Positions 23,692-37,452 of a DNA stretch of 64,000 nucleotides are shown here, in pieces. Each line of letters begins with the position of its first letter. Position 1 is the first letter of the stretch. Source of the DNA: Octopus bimaculoides (lineage: Eukaryota); assembly GCF_001194135.2 (NCBI RefSeq), contig NC_069000.1, positions 8,490,688 to 8,554,687 on the forward strand, read 5' to 3'. Under the pieces are notes generated by a model that searched no databases, was not told the origin of the DNA, and was given only the letters and a program-made list of their open reading frames with translations. A program made the position numbers and the translations under genes.

Positions 23692-25193
23692 TATAATATG
23701 TATGTGTATATTCTTAGAAATTAGGAAAATCTCGAACACAGGAAAATAGTTATGAAAACAGTTTTGGAAAATTAGGCAAAAATACATCCATAGATGATAA
23801 AGTGTGGCCAGTAGCCACTACGGAGTGTGATTATCTGTAGCGGCTGTTGGCCACTTTTTTCTGTCTTTCGGAGTATTTTTTCAGCTATTCTCCTGTGATT
23901 GAAAATTTCTTGATTTCTAAGAAAATGTCAGCTCATCTGATGTGTCAATGTTTGTTTGTATATATAACAGACAATGAATAGCACAATAAAATGTTACATA
24001 AGTTTGATATTGAATGAACGAAGGAAAAGAAATATAAAAAAAAGAACAGAAAAAGACACAAATTAATCCACTTGCATCTACAGATTTTGGGGACAAGATG
24101 GTAGTGAGAGGAAAAAAAAAGTGGTGACCAACATAGAAGAGTTCACAAAGAGTAGTAATGATCATGTTTATGTGTCAGCTGTTGAATACATTGATGGTGT
24201 GCATGAGAATGTATTTTTGGCATATATGTAGACAGCTGTGTATGTGTATTTATGTGTGTCTGGTATTGAATATGTTTGGTGTTTGTGTGGGTGAATGCTG
24301 ATTTCATGTGTATAGCTACTGTTTCTCTCCCATGTATGTGTGTGCATGAATTTATGTATTTGACTGTGAATGTGTGTGCATGCTGAATTGTGGTAGTGTG
24401 TATGTGTGGTGTAGGAGTGATAGGAAATGAAAGGTGTATCTGTGTGAGTAATTATGTCAATAGCTGGTTTACATGCACGTGATTATTGAACTGTGGTGAC
24501 CTGGTGTGACTGTTTGTCTTCTAAGTGTAGTGTGAGCATTTAAAGAAGAAAAAAAAGAAACTGTTAGGAAAAGCTGAGTAGGTTCCAAGAAGGAGGATAA
24601 GCTACTGTTCTCTTTGTAGGTGAGAGATGAGGGATACAAATCCCTCATCTCTCACCTATAAAAGCAAGACAAGAAATAAAGAGATCCTGATGGTATGATT
24701 TGCTGAGGGGAAATAACATGCAAAATATGATCCATTGCTGAGCTGAATGCCCCTCTTGAATCCATTTGCTAATCTTTTTCCAAACTGAGCATGACTTTAT
24801 GATAGCAGCGAGAGTGGGCAAGTATGCGCATGTAAATGTAAATGTGAATATATGTACTGCATGTGCACGATTTAAAGCATCAAAGCAGGGAGGCAGAATT
24901 AGTACAAGTGCACTACAGACAGTGATGGCAAGAGAGAGAGAGAGAGAGAGATAGAAGATAATGGATATGAGAAAGTAAAAGGGGGAGGGATGAAGAGAAG
25001 AGATAGTGAGAGAGAGAGGGAGTAGTGAGAAGAAGAAAAGAGAGAAATGAAGGAATGACAATGGAATGGAGAACAAAAGAAAGGAGGGGAAACAGGAGAG
25101 AGAGGAAAAAAGAGAGGGAGAGATAGAGAGAGGAGAGTTTATCAGAGAAAGAACTGTGTAGTGAATGCATGAGTGTGTGTGTATATATATCTT

Positions 25194-25257
<64 letters not shown>

Positions 25258-25297
25258 AACACATTATATATAAGTACGTACATATGCATGTGTGTGC

Positions 25298-25342
<45 letters not shown>

Positions 25343-25521
25343 AAGATATATTAATACTCATACACACCCATAGATATTGGTACCCACAAATACAAGTGTG
25401 TACGAGCATGTATGCATATATATATATGTTATATACACATACATATTTGCATGTAAAGAGAGGGAGTGGTATACATTATGTGAGAAGCAGAGAGAGAGAG
25501 ATAGAGAGAGAGGGAGTGTGT

Positions 25522-25560
<39 letters not shown>

Positions 25561-27329
25561 TATGAACATTAAATTGTTGGTAAGCTGTAATTTCTCTTAC
25601 TTCCCGATGGAGAAGTGGAGTAAATGACAACGACAGCCCACATGACACTTGTGTAATTTGAACCTTTCAAGGCAACAGAGCTCAACCATTAGTTGTTTGT
25701 AAACAACATCTCAACACAGGGCGTGTGTGTGTGAGAGAGAGAGAAAGTGTGTGAGAGGGAGAGAAAGTGTGAGAGAGAGAGAGAGAGAAAGTGTGAGAGA
25801 GAGAGAGAGAGAGAAAGTGTGTGCACGTGTATACGTCTAGTGTATAGCAATGTAAGGTTTATACATTTACACTATGCATATAAACACTTCCGCATGGACA
25901 TATACTGGGTTTTCTACATACACACACAATTTATGCACACGCGCGCGAGTGTATAAATATATGTATGTATATGTGTGNNNNNNNNNNNNNNNNNNNNNNN
26001 NNNNNNNNNNNNNNNNNNNNNNNNNNNNNNNNNNNNNNNNNNNNNNNNNNNNNNNNNNNNNNNNNNNNNNNNNNNNNNNNNNNNNNNNNNNNNNNNNNNN
26101 NNNNNNNNNNNNNNNNNNNNNNNNNNNNNNNNNNNNNNNNNNNNNNNNNNNNNNNNNNNNNNNNNNNNNNNNNNNNNNNNNNNNNNNNNNNNNNNNNNNN
26201 NNNNNNNNNNNNNNNNNNNNNNNNNNNNNNNNNNNNNNNNNNNNNNNNNNNNNNNNNNNNNNNNNNNNNNNNNNNNNNNNNNNNNNNNNNNNNNNNNATA
26301 TATATTAAATCTCAAATGCACACACACCACACACCTATTCTATCTAGACACACACCAAAAAAAAAAAACACACACGCAATTTTTTTTCTTAGCTAAGAAG
26401 TTGCAGGGGTAACTAAAAGGCCTAGAATTTGGGGGTCAATGCCCTTATCTGATACATACATTAAAACAAAAACCTAGTACCTTTCTTTAGTAGCTTCTGT
26501 AGCTTATTGCCTGATGAGGCTAAGTCTCCCCCACACACACACACACACATATGTTGAGCATGTAAATTACATAAACCCAGAAATGTGTCATAGAACAATT
26601 TTGAAGTGGATTGGGTTGGGAAGAACATTCGTAGGTTTGGCATCAGGCTTCTACACTAAATACTATATTGTATTCAGTCATGACAATATATTCTGACTGC
26701 AAGTTCATATTACACCAGGGTCACCATTGTATTTTTTTTTCTTTTATCTAGAAATAGAAATTTCTAATGATGTTATGTATTTAAGAGATGAGGAACTATG
26801 TACATTATTTACATTTGACGGATATTTGTCCTCATCTTGTTAACACGTTTCAGTTGATATACCTTCCATGTGTCTTGGGGAAATTTCAAACCTGGGTTCT
26901 CATTCCTAAGGTATTTTTCGATGTTATTATTACTATTATTATTATTATTCAGGTGACAGCCTGGAATAGAACTCGGAATCATGGTTGATATTCCTTGTTG
27001 ACATTAAGACCAATCACTCAGCACTTTCAAAGACCTCTGGAATGAAAAATCCTTCCCTTGAAATGAGGAAAGAGATCACGCACACGCGCGTGAGTATGTA
27101 TGTATGTATGTATTATCATCATTATTTAACGTCTGTTTTTCATGCTGGCATGGGTCGGACAGTTTAACAGGAGCTGGCCAGGTAGAATACTGCACCGGGC
27201 TTCAGTGTCTGTTTTGGCATTTTTCTGTTTTGGCATTTTTTTATGGCTGGATGCTCTTCCTATCGCAAGTGGACTGAATATGCACAGGAAGTGAACACTG
27301 AAGAAGTCTTGGGGGGAAAAAAAAAAGTA

Positions 27330-27640
27330 CTGACGGTGAGTAATCTTGTAACGAAACACCCTGAAGTGCAAAGCATGATAATTTATTTTATGCTTCAGCA
27401 ATCCTGAGCGTGAATATTTCCAAAAGTCATGGGTGGTATTGTTAAACATATGGAATTCAAAAAGGTGCCTAAAGTTGTTGTTGTTGGAAAGATGGTGAAT
27501 AATCTTATGGGTGTCGACCAAGTCAGTTGCCAGACGTTGGAGCTTGAATGTGTCCATGCCCAGGGGAAGCAAGTTTTGATTAAACCCCTCAAGGCAGTAC
27601 CCCAGTATAGCTGCAGTCCAATAAATGAAGCAAGTAGAAT
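27330..27640 (-). mobile_element. CR1-group LINE C-terminal fragment
   Basis: LGMDTFKLQRLATDLVDTHKIIHHL...HLFEFH...THDFWK matches the CR1/L2-type L-x-x-R-R-L-x-x-D-L-x-x-x-x-K-I C-terminal pattern. Confidence 0.72.
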
Positions 27641-27760
27641 AAATAATGTCGATCCAGTACTGAGGATCTCTACATGCTAGAAACAGCAGCCAAAGCACCC
27701 CCTCAGGTTAAATGCTAGCATCTTAAAAAGAGGAAGGACATGTTGAATACCCTAATCTTA

Positions 27761-27980
27761 CAAGGGAGTGCTGAAAAGTTCCTGGCTTTGGGGTAAAAGA
27801 AAATACAGGAAAATCACTAATTTTTTTTCTCTCTGTTGGATTCTGGCTTATATTTTTGTAAAGCTTTAATTGCAGTTAATTAAGATTCACACACTTATTG
27901 CAGGGGCCCTTCAGTTTTTCTAAGTCCGGTAAATGAACTCAGAAGGTTGTACCTCCAACCGGGCCTGTCATGATACCCTA
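27761..27980. mobile_element. mariner-like MITE, second copy, 3'-truncated and carrying a foreign 63-bp insert
   Basis: ta-caagggagtgctgaaaagttcctgg; internal agattcacacacttatt...agaaggttg shared with 23468-23691. Confidence 0.75.
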
Positions 27981-28712
27981 ACCCTAAACCCCCCACACAC
28001 ACACAGTGTTCCTTATGAAAGAAATTAACTTAACAATAAGAACAACAACAACAACTGGCCTTCTGCCTAAATAAAGAAACTAGTTTACTTAGAAAAAAAA
28101 AACAAAAAAAAATCAAATGTGTAAATTGAAATAAAAAAAAACAAAAAAAAATACAGAAAAATATCCCCCACCACTACACACACCTACACTTCCTCTCACC
28201 CTTCCAGGGCAGCAGCTAACTTATTTTGTTATCTGAGATGACAAACAAAAACAGAGAAGCAGAGAAAGAGGGGGGGGGTGAGAAAGAAAGGAAGACAGAA
28301 AGGAGGGAAGTAAGGAAGCTGTATTTGTTGGTATAAATTCCTATTTTAAACACTAATTTTTTTTCTCTCTGTTGGATTCTGGCTTATATTTTTGTAAAGC
28401 TTTAATTGCAGTTTGTATTCTTACATTGGCTTCAGCTGTTTTTGTTGTGATTGTTATTATTATTATTATTATTATTGTTTTTCTTGCACACCTGCAGCTC
28501 TCTCTCTTTCTCTCTCTGTCTCTCTCTCTCATATATAAACACATATGCATACACACATGATAAACAGACAGATTGTTAGAGAGAAATGCATGCATGCCTA
28601 CATACATTATATAAATACACACACACACACACATGAGCAAAGCCATTGGCAACGTAATTTGTGAAAAACAATTAAACCAAATGGTAAATAGTAGTTATAT
28701 TTACATGGAGCT

Positions 28713-28762
<50 letters not shown>

Positions 28763-31089
28763 TCTCTCTCTCTCTCTCTCTCTCTCTGGGCTCACCCAAA
28801 CCTATTGAATACCTCCAGTTTACCTATAAATAGATTCACACATTGATCCTATTACCTTGTCACCCCCACCTCTAAATAACCACTCAGAAAAGTGATATAT
28901 TGGTGGTGGTGTTGTCATTTAAACCAAGGTCAGCTCTGAGCCAGTAGGTCTATGACCAACAAGACATTCCGGTCACAACCACAGAGATTTCATCTAGGTA
29001 TATGGCTGTGAATGCATGTTATTGAAAAGATTCAGGGACGTTGAAATGTATTTAGTGTTCTCCCTATCTGCTCCTGGGATGATGTTCCTTTTTGTCTCCC
29101 TCTAATAGGTATTATACTTTTAGCACAACACTCCAATAAGAGATTTTATCTCTGATGAAAACCACAGCAACTTGGCCTTTTAAATCGTCCAGGATTCCTG
29201 AAATTCGCCAATAGTACACATGAGGCTTCTTCCCCTTTTTTAAATGACTCAGTTTATTTCCTGTGCATTATTCTATGTACTGTTCATACGCTTTTAGCTA
29301 CTTTTCCTGATGAGTTGTAGTGAGCCTGAGCAATGTATACAATAAATTCATTATGATTTTAATGATTAGCAGTCAAACTGGCCATATCTAGCCTACATAT
29401 TCTACTAGTTTTATGCTAAAACTGGCCAGATTTGGCCTTTCATAGCTATCCTGCAATGCCATTCTAAATGTGAGCAATCACCTCATGAAAATCTCTTAGC
29501 CACAAGATTCACAAAACAACAAATAAATAGGCATTGCATTTGAGAGAGTAATCTGAATGCTAAAGGGTTAAGTAGAATACAAAGACAGGTATTATTAATT
29601 CAATACCAATACAATTGCATTGACAGAATTAATTTCCAGCCTGCCATCTATTTGCAATGTCAGTGAATGTTTTATTTGCTGATTGCCATGTTAGAGGCAA
29701 AAGATTTCATGCAGACATGTGGCTGTGAGTACATGTCATTAACAGGAATCGAAAAGGCCAAAACGCTTCTGGTATTTATATATATATATCATCATCGTTT
29801 AACGTCCGCTTTCCATGCTAGGTGCGTGTGTGGCAAGAATTTGATTCCAAGTTTAGTCCTATGGCATGGCACCTTCTATTATAGACTTGGGTTGACCAAA
29901 GCCTTGTGAACAGATTTGTTAGACAGAAAATGAACTCAGAACTACATGGGTTGAAAAGCAAACTTCTTACTACACACATACATATATTATTACATGGGAA
30001 AATGCAAGCAAGAGAAATAATATTCTTAAGATTATAAACCTAGAAAATTACAGGACAAGTTATTACATTTGGAAAAGTTCAGGACAACTTATTACATCTG
30101 GTAAAGTAGAGAACAAGAAAATTTTTACTTAAAATATTGCATATTTCCATGCAATCCATGTTTTTTCCAGGCTATTCTATTATGCTAATTAATAATGTGT
30201 CAAATGTGTCAATTAGCAGTGTCCTTGATAATTTTATCATTACTTCAATGATGCTGGTGACATATATTGAAAGATCCTTATAGAACTATATTCATAAAAA
30301 AGTATAGAACTATATTATCACCCTCAAATTTGAGAAACAAACACTCATAACTAGTTTCTTTCAAAACTTCATTGCATCAGATTGATACCATGAAATTCCT
30401 TGAATTGAGCTCCATCATTTAAGCTTAATTAAAATATAGTTTGTTTTTAAAATAAAAAAGTTAATTTTACTTACATCCAATTTTTTTACTTATATTTTTT
30501 TCATGATATTTTACCTCACAACTTTTTTGGTACAAATTTTTGTTGCATGGGACCAAAACTACAAAATTCTTCATGCTTTTTTCTATCATTGAAGCTAAGA
30601 TAAATATATTTTGCTGTTAAAATAAAAAAGTCATTTAGATCTAAACTTGATTGGTGGTGCTACTTACTTTCCTATAACATCGCTAAAAATTTTGATGTAA
30701 ACTTTTTTTTCTACTGGACCAAATCTCAATTTTTTTTATGCCAAAATGTAGCTAGAGACCAGATGTCTTCAAAAATGTTAACAGTTTTCCATTTAGTTAA
30801 GAACTGAATTAGTAACAAGCTCTGAAAGATGCTGCATGTGAATAAGTCGCAGTCTTAATATTATCCGACTACTATCGTAGTTGAGTGATATGTGGCTATG
30901 TGTTGTGTATGAGTGTATATATGTGTGTATGGCCATAGTCTGTACAAGACTGTGTGTATGTGCGTGTGTGTAGACAGTTACATAATCCATGGAAGCTAGA
31001 TATGCGAAGAAGTAACTTAATGTGAAAATCTCAGACATTGGAGTCTGGTAGAGTTAACGACCCAACCAATAGATATTGTAGATATGAGA

Positions 31090-31123
31090 ACATTAGTGCA
31101 TCTGTACCGAGAGAGAGAGAGAA

Positions 31124-31185
<62 letters not shown>

Positions 31186-31202
31186 NNNNNNNNNNGAGAG
31201 AA

Positions 31203-31269
<67 letters not shown>

Positions 31270-31696
31270 AGAAGGAGAATGGGCAGTGGGGTGGACATAA
31301 TTGTCAAATGTAGTAGTAGGACAAGAGTTAAAAACTAGAGGGAGGAGCATAGAGACCGAGAGAGTGATAGAGATAGAGATAGAGTAGGAGAATGATAGAA
31401 GAAAGAATGGAAAAGATAGAGGGGGGAGTTGGAGAAAGACAGAGAGAGGGGTAGGCATATAATGAGACAAATAGAGAGATGACGAGAGAGAGAGAGAGAA
31501 GAAGAGAAAGAGAGAGAGGAAGAGAGAGAGAGGAAGAGAAACAGAGAGGAAGAGAGAGAGAGAGAGGGAGCAAGCGAAAGAGGAAGAGAAACAGAGAGGA
31601 AGAGAGAGAGAGGGAGCAAGCGAAAGAGAAAGACAGAGGGGGGAGAGACAGAAAGAGAGAGATGTGTCAGAGTGCAGTGTAAAAATAAAGCAAGAT

Positions 31697-31750
<54 letters not shown>
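31090..31750. repeat. (GA)n microsatellite and purine-rich low-complexity cluster
   Basis: Repeated gagaga runs around gap 31186-31195. Confidence 0.9.
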
Positions 31751-31757
<7 letters not shown>

Positions 31758-32224
31758 TACAAGAGAACAGAATGCTAGGACAAAGTACCTTGTGGTATTA
31801 ATTTAGATTCTTTGCATTCAGCGTTTTGAATGGTAAATTTAATCAGTCTCCTAATTTAACAGAACCACCGAGTCCTTAACTCATTAGCATTCAGATTGCT
31901 TTGTCAAATGTAACATTTATTCATGGTTTTGAATTAATCATGCATTATCTCGTAGCTTTGAAATTTTGATGATGATATTGTATATTTTTAGAATGACATT
32001 GTAGGGTAGGTGTAAGAGACCAGATCCCTTTTCCATGCAGGCATATATACTAAATGATGGTAATATAGATATTGTTTTCTCAATTGTTTTTAGTTACCAG
32101 TTGAGGCCATAACAGAAAGACTAAGTGACCACAAAGAGATTCTCTCATTGAATCTTAATCTTGTGTTGTTGGTGAACAAAGAAAAAGGTTGCTATTTGGC
32201 CTTAGATAATTTCTGATCCATATC

Positions 32225-32390
32225 TCTCTGAGTGGTTGGCGTTAGGAAGGGCATCCAGCTGTAGAAACTCTGCCAAATCAGACTGGAGCCTGGTGTTGCC
32301 ATCCGGTTTCACCAGTCCTCAGTCAAATCGTCCAACCCATGCTAGCATGGAAAGCGGACGTTAAACGATGATGATGATGATGATGATGAT
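32225..32390 (-). mobile_element. RTE-tail-like repeat with (CAT)n end (catcatcatcgtttaacgtccgctttccatgc...ggatgcccttcct)
   Basis: Young copy. Relatives at about 870-1090(-), 9965-10100(+), 14055-14240(+), 21030-21215(-) and 27110-27280(+). Confidence 0.75.
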
Positions 32391-33039
32391 CAGATCTATG
32401 ATCAGAAATACTCCAGTTGTGACCACCATGTCTTTTTAAGGCTGTTACGGATTACATTGTCCAATGTGTTTCCCTTTTTTAAGATGATAGAGTATTGCTT
32501 GAGGAAGATTTGGCTACTATTTTCCACTGCTCATGTAGAGGCCCCCTTCATTGGATCAAAGAAGCAAGGCGGCAGTCGTTTAGCCACAAGCCAGCAGTGT
32601 ATTATTAAGTAGACTTATCACCAGAGATATTCTAGCCATGACCACCTCATCTAGACACACATCTGGGATTACATTACCCAAAATAGTTTTTCCCTTTATT
32701 AAAGACGCCAGGGTGTGATTTGAGAGGGATTTAGCTGTTGTTTCCGGTGGGTTGAGTGACAATGTAGAGGCCTCCTTCTCAACACGATGGATCTGGTTCC
32801 AGCTACATTTGGTTTCTAGGTGTTTGACTTTAGGGTTGAACCAGCAGCTGTCCCTGGAGAATGGTAGGAAATGGTAACTGAGGTGCCTTCTTATGAGACT
32901 ATGTTTATGCTTTGCAGAGGTGTGTACCAACCATATACACTGTTTAGGGCCCAAAATTCTTTAACCCTTTGACTGCGAAATTAAATTTCATGGTTATTCC
33001 AAAAATAGAATTGGAATTTATGTAAGTCATGTTGCTTTT

Positions 33040-33390
33040 ATATAGGCAAAGGTGTGGTTGTGTGGTAAGAAGCTTGCTTTCTAACTACATGGCTCTGGGT
33101 TCAGTCTTGCTGCGTGACCTCAGGCCAACCAAAGCCTTGTAGTTAGATTTGGTAGATGGAAACAGAAATAAGCCTGTTTTGTGTGTTTGTACAGTGCTTG
33201 ACAATCGGTGTTGGTGTGCCTTATGTCCCCATAAATTGGCAGTTTGGCAAAAGCAACCGATAGAACAAGTACTAGGCTTAAAAAATAGATCGGGGGGGGG
33301 GGCAGTCTCTTTGACTAAAACCCTTTAAGGCAGTGCTCCAGCATGGTCACAATCTCTAATGACTGAAACAAGTAAAATATAAAAGATATC
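33040..33390 (+). mobile_element. tRNA-headed SINE family B (ccttgggcaagt core-like block; 3' gtgctccagcatgg...actgaaacaagtaaaa)
   Basis: Same module order recurs at about 7000-7150(+), 18600-18820(+, 3' part), 20805-21020(+), 21480-21640(+), 22265-22440(+), 40180-40330(-), 52840-52995(-), 56202-56310(+), 58190-58700(-) and 60820-61200(+). Confidence 0.8.
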
Positions 33391-33391
33391 T

Positions 33392-33443
<52 letters not shown>

Positions 33444-33849
33444 AAACTCCCAAAAATCGTTTCATACAAGACATTCCTCTACAAAAGATAGGCTGGTATA
33501 TAAAAATGGCACCTTAGTAAAACAGCTAGGATGATCTATTGAATTAAAACCAGTTATATTCAGCCAAAATATTCCACCTGTTTCATCTTCAAACTGGTCA
33601 GATCTGGCCTTTCATACCTTCCCTACAGTGTCGTTTTAAAAATAAACAATCACATCATCGAAATATCAACGCTATGACATAATGCATGATTAATTTAAAG
33701 TGAATAAGCAAGCATTACGTTCGACAGAGTAGCCTTGAATACTAAAGGGTTAATCACCAGAGCTGGCGCAGCAGCTTAAAATTTATCCCTGTGAGTGTAT
33801 GAGCGGGGAGGGTAAGTGGACAGAGCTTTGCAAGTTCGTTGGAGGAATG

Positions 33850-34000
33850 GGGTACTGCCCCATGACCTTTGTAGACCCTGAGACAGGTGAGGCTGATGCT
33901 GTTAATGTTCTGTTTAAGATATTGTTAAGACTTGCAGGAAAGACATGAGCAGGGAGAGGATTCCAAGGAGCTGATAGTTTGGGAGAGGCTCGAGCGAGGA
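33850..34000 (-). mobile_element. CR1/L2-group LINE 3' end fragment
   Basis: WNPLPAHVFPAS resembles the WN(S)LP...VFP terminal motif of these LINEs. Confidence 0.55.
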
Positions 34001-34619
34001 CGTAGGAAGGGTGGAGGGGGCGTAGCTAGAGAGAGTGTCGCCCAGGGCAGCCCTTGAATTTGTCGTCCTCACTCACACCACACTCGTCTCTATACAGGCT
34101 TATACAGCGGACCCAAAAGAAGCTCCCCCACCACAACCACCCAGAAGGGTTGCCCGGGGGAAGATCAACTCTCGCCACTTCAATCCTAGCTACTCTACTG
34201 GGGGTGTCTTGAACTACAGGCTCGACCTTATCAACGAGTTGTGAATTTGGTAGAAGGGTTGGCCCATCGTATGTGTGTTCATCACATCGCTCGGTATTAA
34301 GTGTTGGTTTGTTTACGTCATTATAAATTATCGGGTCGACAAGAGAGATTGGTAGAATAAGAACTAAACTTTAAAAAAGGGTATTGGGATGGATTTGTTT
34401 GACTAAAACCTTCAATTCAGTGCACCAGCATGGCCAGTCCAATGACCAAAATCATGTGAAAAGATCAATATCTCACTCTCCTTTAAAAAAAAATTAGATT
34501 TATCGAAAAAAAATCGCATCATGAAACAAGAAAAAGAAATGGGATAGTAGCGGCTGGAATGGCAGTTGGTTGATAAAATAGTCAGAACATAATACAAAAT
34601 ATTGAAATTAGTACTTAAT

Positions 34620-35250
34620 GTGACGAACACGATGACTTAGGTAGCTGGGTGTGGGGCGGAATGAATGGGAAATGACGATAGAGAGAGAGGCGGAGGGAGG
34701 GAGGGTAAGAGTGGATGAGGAGGAAGAGGAAAAACGGTAGGAGGAGGAGGAAGGGGAAAAACGGTAGGAGGAGGAGATGGAGAGAACAGCAGAAGCAGAA
34801 GATGAGGCCGAATGAGGGTGGAGTGGGACGGCGATAGAGAGCAACAGAGCGCGAATAAAAGAGAGAGGGGGGGGAGAGCAAGAGAGAGGGGGGAGAGCAA
34901 GAGAGAGCGCGTGCGAGAAAGAGAAAGCAAGAGAGAGTGCGCGAAAGAAAGAGAGAGAGAGAGAGAGTTAAAGAGCGATTCAACAACAGTCGAGGCCAAG
35001 AAGAGGAAGAGAAAGAGGAGAACGGAAAAACAGCAGATAATAAGAGAGAGAGAGAAATGAGAATGCTAACAATAGCAGCTACGAGCAGAGGAGGAGGAGG
35101 AGGAAGTGAAGTAAATAAATAAAAGATATCAAATAAATATATAAATATACAAATAACGTAAAGCGAAGTCTATTTATAAAACAGAACCGTACAGTTGCAT
35201 CTATCAGAAGTGGTACTGTTGCTAAGGCGTCATCTCTCACCCTTATACAC
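34620..35250 (-). promoter_or_regulatory. Candidate promoter and non-coding first exon of the MCT gene
   Basis: CpG-retaining and CT-rich on the minus strand, with TATAAATA at 35178-35171; sits just outside the CpG-depleted gene body. No splice donor could be assigned confidently. Confidence 0.3.
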
Positions 35251-36334
35251 TCCCACTTCCCCTCCTTTCTCTCTCTCTCTCTCTTTCTGTCAGTCACTGT
35301 CTCTCTTTCTCATTTACTCACTCCCACCTCTCCCACTGTCATTCATTTAACACATGCAATGGAGAAATGTAGAAATGTGTTTGTGTGCGCGAGCATCGCA
35401 TAAAATAGGTTTGATCTCTTTTCGTTAGAGATTACACATAGACACATACCCACATACATACACTGATATATACTTACATACATACATGAACATGCACATG
35501 TCCATATATACATTCCCATATCTATACACTCATACATACACACGTTCACACATACAAATTCCCAAACTCTCTTTCTCTCTCACACACACACACGCACAGA
35601 AGGTTCTCCGTCGGTTTCGACGAGCAACAATCGTTCAACCATCTAAATGTCCTACCTCATGAGATTAACGTTTCAGTGGCACATGAAACGTACCTCAAAA
35701 CATAATTCTTAGGCCGTACCAACATCACAGTGTGACAAAGCCGAGGGCATTTGAATCCCAGGTAGGAAAGGGTGATGGGAAGCAAATAAAAAGGGCATAG
35801 GTGCATGAACGAAATTTGGTAAGGGAACTCAAACCCAGGACCTTTTTTTTTTATTACAAAACAATGTCGATTTTTTTTCAATTTTGATATCCAAACAAAT
35901 AGTTATATTTGTTCCGGATCGTCTGCAGCCTATTCTCCTCTCCCCTCCATCTTCCACTGCTTAATTTCCACGTTTTTCTTTCTGTTTCTTTGTATTTAAA
36001 TATTTTCATTTAAAATATACAAGAGTTACAAAATAAAATCAAATAAATTGTACATCAATCAAATCAGCCAAATCTAATAATGGAAAAGTGATGTTTTAAA
36101 TCAGTCCAATAATGCTTCTATGCTCGTTCGTTTTTGGCGATGAAGTTTTTCAAAGCGTTTTCATTGGCCACCCTCATCCCCCAAAATTAGAGTGTGCGCT
36201 CACACTCTCACCCTTCCTGCACTACCTGTTCCCGAACCTGTGAAGAGGGGAGGGGAGTAAAAACTCAATAAAGGATTCAATAAAGGGAGCTCAATGAGTG
36301 AGAGTTACAAGAATATATATATCATCAACATCAT

Positions 36335-36640
36335 TTAACGTCCACTTTCATCTGAGAAAATCACTCTATTCCAAAATGAACTAGGTTTTTCTGACGTCTC
36401 CTGAGCCCATTTCTTTCTTTTCATGATATTAATTGGTTGAAGGAGAGGTTTTCTTCTAGCTGCTCGTCCATAATACCCAAACTTATGCAGATATGTAACA
36501 CACGTTCTTGGACTAACTTCTAGCTGTTTTGCAATGTCAGAAGCCTTCGAACGTGGTTCGTTTTCCACAATTCTCTTCAGACAGCGAAACTTCCTTTGCG
36601 AATATTGTAAATTCTACACCGATGAAAACATATTAAGACG
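36335..36640 (-). mobile_element. Tc1-family transposase fragment
   Basis: Translation ...LKRIVENEPRSKASDIAKQLEVSPRTCVTYLHKFGYYGRAARRKPLL...RKKWA...FWNRVIFSDES contains the Tc1 HTH linker (RKPLL) and the first catalytic Asp motif (FSDES). It is truncated by flanking repeats. Confidence 0.9.
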
Positions 36641-36761
36641 CTTAGATAAGAAATTTTGAAAATGAAAGGTGTCTATTTACTTCCTGCATGTCTGTGTACA
36701 TATATACATACATACATACATACATATATATATATACATACATATACATACATATACATAC

Positions 36762-36821
<60 letters not shown>

Positions 36822-37408
36822 GACGGGCTTCTTTCTGTTTCCGTCGGCCAAAACCACTCACAAGGCTTTGGTTGGCCCCAGGCTATAAACAATGAGTTTG
36901 TTTGTTTTTTTGTGTTCACTCGACCTGTTAGACAGAGCAACCAAACTTCCACCGCAAATAAACAACCTAAGGATACACCAGAGAGTGTATGGCTGTTACT
37001 CAAACTCTGTATCTAAGAATATAGACAGGATGGTCACGTCTGGAGCATCTTTCGTCAGTTTTCCTTGACATCAGAGCTGGTTTGGAACTGAACAACATGA
37101 ATGGCGTCGGGATCTGCTGCTCAAAGCACTAACCACCACCACTCAATACCTGTGATTTCAGGTACTACTGCAATCACTACCACCACCACTACTACCACTA
37201 CAATTACCACCATCACTACCACTACTACTACTACCACCACAACCACCGCCACCACCACCACCACTAACATAGCGATATTACAATTATTATTGCCACCACG
37301 ACCTCGAACGACTTCAGCTGATACAACAATCATTACCACCACCACTACTACTACCACCAGCTGATTGATGTTGTTTAGTAACCCCAAATCCAAGCCTGAT
37401 GAGAGAAG

Positions 37409-37452
<44 letters not shown>

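Noticed and set aside
29300-29360. CTGATGA hammerhead-like start in a Penelope-like tail
   Set aside because: No GAAA and no stem I or III pairing. The same applies to CTGATGA hits near 26510, 29152, 37396, 40560 and 51432.
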